A stretch of DNA of 64,000 nucleotides, taken from the IMG/VR virus record IMGVR_UViG_3300045988_085140; one strand, written 5' to 3'. Source of the stretch: a virus. Positions 29,201 to 33,726 of the stretch are shown here, piece by piece (positions within the stretch are counted from its first letter, which is position 1; each line of letters opens with the position of its first letter). A program made the position numbers and the translations under genes. The notes under the pieces are model-generated. The model searched no databases, was not told the origin of the DNA, and saw nothing but the letters and a program-made list of their open reading frames with translations.

Positions 29201-29378
29201 TTCCCTTGACAAGCAGGAGATTTCCGAGTTGAAGAAAGGTTTCTTGGATGATGGCAAGGATGCCTACAACGCTGAGGACATGAAGCAGATTCGTGACCTG
29301 AGAAAGAAGATTCTTTCCGTGCTGGAGAAGGCTAACAAGGTAGTTGTGGCTAACCAGAAGGCAAAGGCTAAGAAGTAA
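14292..29378 (+). CDS. giant polyvalent (multi-effector) virion-type protein, ~5028 aa
   Basis: Single uninterrupted frame. Table start 14271 is TTG; the first ATG is at 14292. Contains HEMTH (19149-19163), HEIQH (23511-23525), a complete C5-MTase motif set (24105-25052), Gly-rich hydrophobic segments and acidic low-complexity linkers. Confidence 0.85.
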   Translation: MAERPLYTLYKNLKAQNYDVPDDYNKFESALTRDGKGGADNRHAIYENLKAQNFDVPSTYERFYSALFEPRSKTSSRAKGGSVPMSAADRARFSAGAAAISASAQQTMNNAGRYNRLKQRKQKQQKDFGRVNLGTHQTPYGGDANNVVKDDFAYNPETGKTGAYVTSDNENVYSLPEAEQKQAILDQQNNAYQEAVDTGEIPSAFDVRDKKGNYDLQDNIGKNGTYLTEEGAQKQFDKKLADAYARKKEIEALIAEDNRQHGNPLLSYGASIGASNGRTAEQSDYRNKLATSLSLVTEQIGALEAVKQYPTSSWGEDALKALDNTAFTAKTWDFGLTDFAIMGQMERIKTKMDNNIPLSGSDKMLLKSKLGADAATAIEDEKMGNVYRWTKIAGKSLPFMADFFLTGGYGGITKGISRGALKFAAKRGMGKVSAAILKNTGIVAGDVIGSYAMAGTEQALKTGADIMQRHLGNLYQDEKGDYKFGTFDENGNLLHEGGESIGTALYKGMTSAMVENYTEKLFGHNYGIKKGAVNFMEKHGMNASAEFFKNIGKSGWYTNSKKWMEKFGINGFAEEVMEEEIGIPLHALLDGEGKVSDLLDAKQQLDIIGGMAISVGSMYAMGAGSRPVKGIYNRAQYYRFRNKVNVADSDAENLMGDNWADIKDKIDNATNEQMGSVLADILRQRDTMTKEQINAAVNYGVNLMKMRGYNIAKTAEMNAKEITNEPTTPEEQHQADIDNAYSEGHDADDADKHDIQIQQEDQMKTLAAALGISEQQLSAMSDEELESLTGQDDKLDQAIYDYQLSSARYQGVVDDAQDKVDLAAHQAEQRVDMYTDQSRGSVRNATIKASGGLEDYGVYIISGNIATHDDGSIDVSNSDDMILYYDPTTNSVEHADALMVAELGEELPADDVKAQAVSDAKENAIKEVAGIIDGTVEVGSQFNVTDTDGTEHTYEVLADYGDGTAAISIDGNVVENPYSLADLQQMKDLEDQKRLEAAKAEREQMEKERAAQQNQETEQTQPSFDFNQILNDNGNVVLVDVLDKDGNTKYPDSRLFLIRDAGAKAKVVELKSDGTLVPHAVNKEDVATISSMSLDEYKQAMPESSMIEDNSGENRGEIEVEAPTIEGEVAAPVNEVAAPESAETPATEQTPAAPAITLEDGTIVPMLEDGNPDFSKLTAAQTAELYDNQFGEDADSIVSGYVSDAKKALDKASNMTVKGKTFVEQKAAKDAKEKAIADAKAAYDSAIAIRDAYNERQLAKVEDTAEGRKELIEKARRKFARLKSAVKDDAEAVAQIYKETVGTLLHRLYDGTGIDVTDTIPLTAEEYVASNLGAHSLNYEGTETSKGVKQETGLSREDFAKTQLLAADGNGTTIDELVHSLWENRPSNLESLDTQDIRNALISVLNSGFKASEARNFVENIRIAQAENILEEQKRAQENAAYAEQHKAEQEAELKAKSDEKAELKAKSEAKSDNESDNKSDDLSNETDNDKINDNINDNINVPEDATDENPLGAERDESDLPFSTKENGKQQTTAERAADVEKNKVDDMKVVDNIVGEKTRKAFERLAKMMGANIQWQYSDKLGNGWIQETTDADGNVHRTIFITLDSSITEGAQFIFGHEMTHQIKNLNPAAYNELTQLVLDTYGSDAFDKAVDETMQRYSDAGFSGRARDYYAEEVVADAVGEMIRDLNLAHTLAMKMSHPLLAAIHEILQKIKLAFFGTEYSDVTKNIIRSIEQAYVKTANGQVTNSETGEDVSFSLRQKPEPKKKGIGYKVFVLKDGKLYPPMVANPDGAETPVGVWLDADAAPIAGESKTGRPQVKQGGKGTQGGSGKLAYRPGWHLGVVPYAIQFNRKDAEGNKTLFPKNFVFAEVEYAADVDYQEEARQEGINPSGKYQHSLAGLKHLPTDGYYMYRTNPNPETDPWVITGAMKVNRILTRAEQAELVKNAGREPQQIQEGDIVTDDVVNSINQEIADAPKFSLKDNQENPLNQDGTLKLDKIKSVDELTDEDFTSAFRNVELPAIPKNVDAAIGANGKPIVIKKNIFEKNWNAHKFTPAESKKVLNDALYNTDLVRHTQPTKKPNHWVAIKLDDKSPITVLEVNDNKNNVEVVGWYTLDERNLGRIKRQAERNGGELIMLTPKDDKVESLSTPPLSSAANIINSFETTKENGEKVDVEGTKFSLKDEEYLKAVEDGNMEKAQKMVNEAADAAGYSTDSSYQGTSAFNGAAPWGNGYFLTKDERKEAWDNGEFEGESTLGDYINDDIDGGNLEELTNAASYRAADPMRKEAIDNVRNAIQKKAKTITMYRSVPSDVKEGSFRNGDWVTPSRAYAVDNAKLHGWGDDYNIIEQKVPVDDVWFDGNDIAEWGYGREEDYINDTDFAYKNSKNNKKLLDAVTYDDNGNVIPLSQRFNEKNKDVRFSLKDEKTLAGVHNITEEKLRKALKLGGFANPSLAVIDTNKTGHDNFGEISFIAPSALLDKRTGNTGGTWITDAYTQRYPSVEREMSEKGYRKFEDWVDSLDYPSGAKAEIERQAKDALSDNNAPAWELMYLKEKGIDIKEYDSRIDYRWKEIISDHPTAEDILNSMKTDPELNEKVTSLAKHAIIHPTWEKVSLEVRRKMYKETGVKASPINPQVRKQTKEIFERDYAPTLLNKDGSPRKKDVKKVVEDIVKEHKDTKKYDFYLSKVKASNYVNKNGLYDDYIRWQENKLDEFGTKNRIFRGYTRDGSRKYVPETLENVSKAMREEADGQTNGSEYTSFGSFIAKLASRVDSTDEMRANKDKLSSNKDKEEFYEKWSDVYYDLAKFLYNDVFYGEQRLHDIVLQSDPKKYAKKEYGITLTPTFMKKLDALKNAVQTELKSAYFETKYNRPLRLNEFAAAVVPDNLGKDVRKGIENAGLPMYDYDPNKEGDRSRAFNEAINSSDNIRFSLAGVRGAAAADKAEERNARMDNLSVARKMEEEKKDAKAIKMATGWERGADGKWRYEMPDAKIKDTMDVGGGHIVKRYEDDMLWNGGKLFDVIDAPELFKAYPQLKGVRIDTDAIMNDMPSHGEYDSKTNTITIHADELKYMNDILNHEIQHAIQGIEGFATGGSPTTIRGEVKKRFNEVTKQIKQLRAEGKEDEAKALIEKNRGLYDAYMKNDDFNSYKSLAGEVEARNVQERMNMTPEERRKTLAESTEDVARKDQIFLGVGDVSFSLRDMADGKESGAADMAEDLKSLNTPDEVDDAIKTAIEDMPSGWKMANKKMIHIAQALGENRKAEIAGEEPKFSLKDGTLIKAGTYFSGGGLVEEGLKGIIDPVVAVEYDEKISGVYRNNFGQHIVTADVRDVDPKELVKQIDGEVEYFHASPVCKNYSQAKSNHAEVELDKETAASTAEFINAIKPKVVTIENVKGYKDSEAMKTITDALDANGYTWDADVYNAADYGGYTNRERLIVRAVRDGKLPAKPEKMARKSGWYEAVADIIPTLTEKKNGVAPWMDIRLKADGIDWRNIDKPLYVMGSAYADGKVPHAFADELLPTLRTKSGDVIVMPDGKVYRAMGRVLARVSGVSDDYKMPFSENLSHIIIGNGIPTQLTEHVIAPLLTGSDPKFSIRTYHGTGASFDKFDFSHMGEGEGSQAFGWGGYVTNSKDIAEDYTRRAKIRKDNDGFEFVTDMSANNKDMVRQYIYKYKDVNKGLDAMRKDLSSALEMFPDDDDLKELSNILAKKNEEIAVPDNIAYLYDVDIPDDNGDYLDWENKLKKSHLNKVNKELVRIGKEPIETIYPSRVDGKVRGQDLYDELSSMLGSKEAASKLLSDAGFVGIKYPAGTIYGGAEEGDYNYVIFDETNANIVGNTRFSLRYDQFEHDLNQWKKDNNLPKDAQRPTIPQRNAGESAVDFLRRVDEYRKQMALWKTAPTYEQHLLSDDTALGEFNRELQRGSVLKRIAFQDSMLAIRKAQEAIMKEVGVDRLNMAEDAYTAENRSHGKGKNEFEEYNNEFLQPLRKAYHQMKKILGDSYDNVRIYMMAKHGLERDSQMAFKKSLEADYEDVAQRSAAYKAYKGDMNRIINDSDLEFGRVDFTTWRQRDNALRAKYSPSYMNYRYDKNGIAYDYSGLSALFDGSDFEEAAYKLVKDIEDKYVTETHNLWDATNAATKKILRDGYKAGMMSKDTYQYVRDMYSHYIPLRGWYGTTADQVWDYIGGGKGAFNQTLKKAHGRTSIADDPIAYIENMAESGILLNNKNWVKQHLMLLAQNHPTSLLTLSKAWYVKSTDANGNEEWIPATPQITSQMDSNQVKAAIDAFEKKMEQMAQAGDATQKRDGLNIAYPQTHSEEREHEVRVMKDGEEYVIYVNGDPQLAQAMNNTRAHRVREIQSGKLDRAAAWLGRKMAAAYTSLSPLFIPSNYFRDLTMTLASTAIREDAKYNYLLRKNLATSWNLGFMLRDFQNGKLRDKVNNGNATPKEQMFYDFMMNGGETGFVSSLDVEDLKKKFKNDLKDLDRWKANPVKVGHTIMDSIEFLNRAIEDSNRFAVYMTSIQYGRSIDEAVNDAKNVTLNFNRKGTGEYGWQMIRNLYLFINPAVQSLQTLGALAKHHPFKFTAVTASWLASGVLVPIVNAALMSMLGGDDDKDKYWQFTKWDRRNNLIMWVPFTHEYVKIPLAQEFRAFYGIGDMIASKMMGGELAEESWSQYAEDLLGQVVDMLPLDPTGYDGNIAVSLMPNAIRPVFELAFNVDFTGKPLFKDTEYNKYDPNFTKAYVGTPDWLVRASRMVNSIGNDYPDVQQNSIDAFGDPRYNLNNPAVVDHVLSSYLGGAYTMGSQVLGLLTKSLNDPKEIKVADIPLFSKFVSNPDDRPVTKKQGDEFWNMKENHDRAANTLSKLKKQAKVDGDYSMLERFYGSEEYKKYKQDDVKVKKYEEDKKKERAEESGEEYRPHKLNAEDIYKAHATPKDDFEDLKLKQLYTKLNGFKTSYDLLVDTAPSQSDGYYNNNKAAIDAIDEISLDKQEISELKKGFLDDGKDAYNAEDMKQIRDLRKKILSVLEKANKVVVANQKAKAKK
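18648..18795 (+). repeat. low-complexity coding repeats (AELKAKS x2, NDNI x2)
   Basis: GAGTTGAAGGCGAAGTC occurs at 18648-18664 and 18678-18694, followed by a D/N/K/S-rich tract. A similar 16-nt repeat GAGGTCGCGGCTCCTG occurs at 17673-17688 and 17694-17709. Confidence 0.7.
18930..19562 (+). other. zincin-like HExxH module 1 inside the giant ORF
   Basis: ...TIFITLDSSITEGAQFIFGHEMTHQIKN...YAEEVVADAVGEM. Bounded upstream by the D/N/K/S low-complexity linker and downstream by the first FSLR motif. Confidence 0.5.
23079..23870 (+). other. zincin-like HExxH module 2 inside the giant ORF
   Basis: ATGWERGADGKWRYEMPD ... ILNHEIQHAIQGIEGFA ... SLAGEVEARNVQER. Lies between FSLA (23067) and FSLR (23871). 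Confidence 0.5.
24105..25052 (+). other. C5-cytosine DNA methyltransferase module inside the giant ORF
   Basis: YFSGGGL (motif I), VAVEYD (II), HASPVCKNYS (IV, Cys codon 24336-24338), TIENVKG (VI), TNRERLIVRA (VIII), IIGNGIP (X). Confidence 0.75.
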
Positions 29379-29391
29379 TACATATATGACT

Positions 29392-29422
29392 ATCCCCTGA
29401 AAGTGCTATGCTTTCGGGGGAT
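29392..29422 (+). terminator. hairpin terminator after the giant ORF
   Basis: ATCCCCTGAAAG pairs with CTTTCGGGGGAT (12 bp, one G-U) around a 7-nt loop. The T-run is weak. Confidence 0.45.
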
Positions 29423-29622
29423 AATTGCTTTCAATCTGAAACTTTTTACCCCTTTTTCTTGTGTGAATCTATCAATCTGTAAGTATTTACAAGGTTTAAC
29501 TTTTAAAGTTGTGTACAAATGTAGCTATTTCCTAATTTATTATTATATTTGCCACCTCTAAGATTTTTTATTAAATAAGTAAAAGAACCTCAATCATATA
29601 AACTTTTAGAAAACAATGGCTT

Positions 29623-30105
29623 ATGAGAAAAGAAGAAGACGAAGACCAACGGGTCAGGAATTTGTTTAGAGAGATAACTAAGTTACTCCCTGAACGCAGC
29701 AAGATTAAGACGGACTTGCTTTATTTCAAGTATGCGCCTATATTGGTCATGCTTTTCAGATGGTATAGTGTATCTCAGTTCTACGACAGCAAGATGGAGA
29801 TAACGCTGTGGTATGAAGAGAACGAGGAACCTATCTGGTTCTTCTACTTCATCACTTACATTCTTTACCCGATTTCTCTTTGGAAAGGTCAGGTACTGCA
29901 CAGATTGTGCGTGGAGTGGAGAATACCGCTCTTATATGCAGCAGGAGTCAACGTAATACACATCATGTTCGGCTCTATCGTTATCACAAACAATATGTAC
30001 TATTGTGATATGTTCCTGATTACAATCATTTTAATTTTATATACTTATGTCGCAATTAGTAAATTACAGCATCATCGAAGCTGGACTTCGTGCTCTCGCA
30101 GATAA
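29623..30105 (+). CDS. multi-pass membrane protein, hypothetical
   Basis: 160 aa with several hydrophobic segments (IWFFYFITYILYPISLW, MFLITIILILYTYVAI). In an AT-rich island after the giant ORF. Confidence 0.4.
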   Translation: MRKEEDEDQRVRNLFREITKLLPERSKIKTDLLYFKYAPILVMLFRWYSVSQFYDSKMEITLWYEENEEPIWFFYFITYILYPISLWKGQVLHRLCVEWRIPLLYAAGVNVIHIMFGSIVITNNMYYCDMFLITIILILYTYVAISKLQHHRSWTSCSRR

Positions 30106-30418
30106 GGCACATGAATCAGCAGTTGCCCAAGCAGAGGGCAAGCCTATCCCTTGCGGTCTGTCTGAAGGAGATATGGAACTTGTGGAACTTCTTACTGCCA
30201 TGATGAATGATACACAAGCCAACAAGGGATGGTGCGCTCACGAAATGGGCAAGTCTATCTCATCCTTCGAGAAGTATGTTCACGATGGCAAGATACCCGA
30301 AGGCATCCATGACCAGTTCGGGCATGAAAAGAAGTGGAATAAGTCGCTCATCCGATACTTTGCCAACAAGAAGGCTTTCTTCCGCAAGCTATCACGAAAG
30401 TATGGAATAAACCTCTAG
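30047..30418 (+). CDS. hypothetical protein, possible HTH regulator
   Basis: 123 aa. GWCAHEMGKSISSFEKYVHDGKIPEG looks HTH-like. Overlaps the previous ORF by 59 nt. Confidence 0.4.
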   Translation: MSQLVNYSIIEAGLRALADKAHESAVAQAEGKPIPCGLSEGDMELVELLTAMMNDTQANKGWCAHEMGKSISSFEKYVHDGKIPEGIHDQFGHEKKWNKSLIRYFANKKAFFRKLSRKYGINL

Positions 30419-30562
30419 AAGTAGCTACACATTTTATATATATAGGAGAGACCCAATCGCCCCTCCTGTATATTTATGACCTTTTCCGTAACCATAAATC
30501 TTTGCTCATCAAACACTTATATAATCTTTTACGAGTTTATCTATCTCTATCCATATTATTCG

Positions 30563-30570
30563 TATCTTTG
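30563..30570 (+). promoter_or_regulatory. -7 box TATCTTTG
   Basis: Consensus TAnnTTTG ~60 nt upstream of ATG 30629. No GGATAA element is present. Confidence 0.45.
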
Positions 30571-30628
30571 TGCTCGTAACGTTACGTAGTATTAATAAAT
30601 TAATGTTTAACAAAAGATTCAGGATAAT

Positions 30629-31573
30629 ATGGAAAGTAAAACGTATGTATTCGGAAATGAAGGCTCCACATCTAACAATGGGATGCTCGGTCTTCTTGCG
30701 CCTCTGCTCCAGAAGCAGGGTGTTGACCCAAATGTCCTTCTTGCCATGAAGGGAAACAATGGTTTCGGTGGCGAAGGTGGATGGTTCATGTGGGTAATCT
30801 TCCTTTTCTTCCTCATGGGCTGGGGAGGTAACGGCTGGGGAGGTTTCGGCAATAATGGTCGTGGTGGTCTCGCTAACGAGATTAACAATGATTATGGTCG
30901 TGGTCTCCTGATGGATGCCATCGGTGGCAACCGCAATGCACTCAGCAATTTGGCTACCCAGTTGAACTGCACCGAAGGTCAGATTCAGAGTGCCATTTCT
31001 GCCTTGATCTCTCAGGTTCAGAGTGTAGGTAATCAGGTGGGTATGAGCGGTATGCAGACTATCAATGCCTTGCAGCAGGGTAATATGCAGATTGCTCAAC
31101 AGATTGCCAACTGCTGCTGCGAGAACCGCATGGCTATCTGCCAGCAGACTGGAACCTTGCAGAATGCCATCAACAATGTAGCTAATGGTCAGGAGCGTGG
31201 CTTCGCCAATGTAGCTTACGAGACTCAGAGACAAACTTGTGACTTGCACAACGCTATCAAGGATAGCACTCAGACCATCGTTGACGGACAAAAGCAAGCT
31301 GAAATGAGAGAGTTACAGAACAAGATTGATGCTCTTCGTGAAGAGAACAGCACCTTCAAGTCTTCTGCTATGACCTCTCAGATTGTGGGTCAGGCTGTGG
31401 CTCCTATCAATCAGGTATTGGCTGGCTTGCAGAACGAGGTGGCTGGTATCAAGTGTAAGTTGCCTGAGACCATTACTACTCCTTATAGCCCATTTACTGC
31501 GGTTCCTAACTGCGTGGCTTATCAGGCTGGCTTGTATGGTTTGAATGCTGCTAACAACGGATTCTGGGGTTAA
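30629..31573 (+). CDS. Gly/Trp-rich membrane-anchored Q/N-rich protein (virion or envelope-acting)
   Basis: 314 aa. GGEGGWFMWVIFLFFLMGWGGNGWGGFGNNGRGG, then Q/N-rich heptad-like repeats with QIANCCCENRMAICQQ. Ends NNGFWG. Confidence 0.6.
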   Translation: MESKTYVFGNEGSTSNNGMLGLLAPLLQKQGVDPNVLLAMKGNNGFGGEGGWFMWVIFLFFLMGWGGNGWGGFGNNGRGGLANEINNDYGRGLLMDAIGGNRNALSNLATQLNCTEGQIQSAISALISQVQSVGNQVGMSGMQTINALQQGNMQIAQQIANCCCENRMAICQQTGTLQNAINNVANGQERGFANVAYETQRQTCDLHNAIKDSTQTIVDGQKQAEMRELQNKIDALREENSTFKSSAMTSQIVGQAVAPINQVLAGLQNEVAGIKCKLPETITTPYSPFTAVPNCVAYQAGLYGLNAANNGFWG

Positions 31574-31588
31574 AGAAAGGAGGCTGCT

Positions 31589-31933
31589 ATGTTTTGGTTA
31601 AGACCATATACAAGGGTGAATCGTAATGGTTCGGCAGCTATCGCTTCTACGGGCGTGGTTGTGAACACCAACAATGTTGTTTTCTCGTTCAAAAACCACG
31701 CCTTCCTGAATGCCAGCTACAGAGGAACGATTTTCGTAAACCTGATGCAGGCTATTCCGACTGGAACGACTGGTACGCTGCCTATCCTTTTCGAGACCAA
31801 CGGAAGTACTCAGGCTGTGACCAAGTATAATGGCGCACCATTGACGGTTGCAGACGTGCAGGGAACTGGTGTTTATCAGTTCTGGTTTGAGAGAGATACT
31901 AACACCCTACAGATGATGTCGGGTATTGTTTAA
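31589..31933 (+). CDS. hypothetical small beta-rich protein
   Basis: 114 aa. AGGAGG lies 8 nt upstream of the ATG. In the operon. Confidence 0.55.
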   Translation: MFWLRPYTRVNRNGSAAIASTGVVVNTNNVVFSFKNHAFLNASYRGTIFVNLMQAIPTGTTGTLPILFETNGSTQAVTKYNGAPLTVADVQGTGVYQFWFERDTNTLQMMSGIV

Positions 31934-31960
31934 CAAGAATAGATAATAGGAGATTACATT

Positions 31961-32461
31961 ATGTTTCAAGGTTTAAGAACTAACTCTTTGTTCTATGTCC
32001 TAGACAAGGGCGAGAACCCGAACTTGCGAATCGGTCAGGTGGTTTCAGTAAGCAATCCTCAGACGAAATATCCTACCTTTAACAACGGCTTTACTCCTCA
32101 GCCTATGGAGACCGTAGTGGACGTGAAGGTGAAGCTGGGTGACGAGGAAGTGGATTTCAAGCAACTGCCAGCAAACGGACAGATAGCGAACGACAAGAAC
32201 CTTGTGGTTAGCGACAATAAGGATGCCATGAGTACTGAGGTGGATGCCATGCTGAGGCAATCCAAGGCGATACTGGAGAGCGTAGATTACAACAAGAGGG
32301 TAGTAGAATCTTGTGAGGGAATGCTACAGAAACTCAACCCACAGATAGCCAAGGAGAAGGAACAGACCGAGAAAATCAATAAACTGGAAGGTAAAGTTTC
32401 AGGAATTGAGGGCAAGATTGACAAGATGATGGGATGGCTTCAACAGACCATGAGCAAGTAA
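31961..32461 (+). CDS. hypothetical protein with C-terminal coiled coil
   Basis: 166-aa ORF with an ATG start, in the operon. Confidence 0.55.
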   Translation: MFQGLRTNSLFYVLDKGENPNLRIGQVVSVSNPQTKYPTFNNGFTPQPMETVVDVKVKLGDEEVDFKQLPANGQIANDKNLVVSDNKDAMSTEVDAMLRQSKAILESVDYNKRVVESCEGMLQKLNPQIAKEKEQTEKINKLEGKVSGIEGKIDKMMGWLQQTMSK

Positions 32462-32493
32462 TCTCCTATCTATTCACTTAAAATCATAAGATT

Positions 32494-32775
32494 ATGGTAA
32501 TGATTGAGATTACAGAAGATAAGTTCGATGATTTGTATGACAACATCGAGTCTATGCTTGGTTTTGGCAGCAAGGCTATGTCTTGTCTGAAAAAGATGAA
32601 GCAGGAGCGTATGGGTGAGCGTATGCCTGATTATCGTGACGATTGGAGAAGAGAACGTGAGGAACGTGAAGAGCGTGAGAACAGACGTAGATTCAACAAC
32701 GTGAACGATGATTGGAACTACCCGAACCGCTATGGTGAAAGAGGTGGTGGCGGCTACAATGGTGGCGGTCGCTAG
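32494..32775 (+). CDS. hypothetical R/E-rich protein with Gly-rich tail
   Basis: 93 aa. DDWRREREEREERENRRRF...GERGGGGYNGGGR. Confidence 0.5.
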   Translation: MVMIEITEDKFDDLYDNIESMLGFGSKAMSCLKKMKQERMGERMPDYRDDWRREREEREERENRRRFNNVNDDWNYPNRYGERGGGGYNGGGR

Positions 32776-32812
32776 TGTTTAACTTGGGAGTTTTGGTAGC
32801 GACATTTATGTC

Positions 32813-33271
32813 GTGACCAGACTCCCTTTAATATTCAGTAATATGGGAAAATGCAGAATGCCATTGGATATGTATGACCTCAAACCTGAGGGAATGGTTT
32901 CTTATCTCAGATACAATGGCTATCATTTCAGCAAGAAGATGTGCGAGTGGGCGGTGAGCCTGATGTATAAGTATGACCCTTCCTCCAAGCGTGATGTAAG
33001 TGTCTCGTTTTGGGATAAGGAGAAGGTGGATGCCTTGCTGCTTGGTCAGGGTGTAGAGGTGAAGAATAAGATAGGCTACGACCATGTATATGTGGCGAAT
33101 ATGGCGAGGGCTGACTTCTACAAGTCTTCCATCAAGGATGAGGAGCAACTAGCCCAGTTTATCAAGGATATGGTGGATGATGCCGACCAGAAGGATGGTT
33201 TTATCTTTAACAGATTTTATGCCGACTGCTGCCATAATGGTGTACCTATTCCTTGGGAAGATGTGTTATGA
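32813..33271 (+). CDS. hypothetical protein
   Basis: 152-aa ORF. Table start is GTG. In-frame ATGs at 32843 and 32858 are plausible real starts. Confidence 0.5.
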   Translation: MTRLPLIFSNMGKCRMPLDMYDLKPEGMVSYLRYNGYHFSKKMCEWAVSLMYKYDPSSKRDVSVSFWDKEKVDALLLGQGVEVKNKIGYDHVYVANMARADFYKSSIKDEEQLAQFIKDMVDDADQKDGFIFNRFYADCCHNGVPIPWEDVL

Positions 33272-33648
33272 TGAGAAGAGTGATACAGCTTCCGAAGTAC
33301 GATTGGAGCATAGTATGTTTCATAGGTTATCAGCCGCCTGATGCCAATGAGATATGCCATGCTCTTTCGGATATTGGCTGCAACGGAAATCCGTTATCGG
33401 AAGCTTACGAACATCTAACCAAGGAGAGTGTGGATAGGGGGCTTACCTATTCCAACCTATCAGAAAGAAGGAGTGTTCTTGCCATTGGGGAGTGTGAATC
33501 TGATGGCAGCATCATCAACACCATCGGTCATGAGCTTCTTCATGTGGTAGCGCATATCTGTGAGCAGGATGGAATAGATATGCTTAGCGAGGAACCATGC
33601 TATATGATGGGGAGTTTATGTGAGAAGTTCTTCAAGGTGTATGATTAA
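33268..33648 (+). CDS. small HExxH (zincin-like) protein
   Basis: TIGHELLHVVAHICEQDG. The ATG at 33268 overlaps the previous stop (ATGA). Table start 33253 is TTG. Confidence 0.5.
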   Translation: MMRRVIQLPKYDWSIVCFIGYQPPDANEICHALSDIGCNGNPLSEAYEHLTKESVDRGLTYSNLSERRSVLAIGECESDGSIINTIGHELLHVVAHICEQDGIDMLSEEPCYMMGSLCEKFFKVYD

Positions 33649-33674
33649 TGTTGTTTTTACTTGGTGCATAAGAA

Positions 33675-33700
33675 AAGGGTGAATCTTTCGACTCACCCTT
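33675..33700. terminator. bidirectional terminator
   Basis: AAGGGTGA pairs with TCACCCTT around a 10-nt loop, followed by TATTTTT, with an A-run upstream. Sits between convergent operons. Confidence 0.6.
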
Positions 33701-33726
33701 TATTTTTAATATTTCATTTATAACCT

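Noticed and set aside
14271-29378. Giant ORF as an N4- or crAss-type virion RNA polymerase
   Set aside because: I could not find paired double-psi-barrel-type Asp motifs (DxDGD-like). The recognisable content (MTase, HExxH modules, linker-separated cassettes) fits a polyvalent effector protein better. The question remains formally open until a profile search is run.
30509-31297. 262-aa minus-strand ORF
   Set aside because: It is antisense to the 314-aa Gly/Trp-rich gene, which has a promoter, an ATG start and operon context. The antisense translation is a Leu/Ser/Thr-rich shadow.
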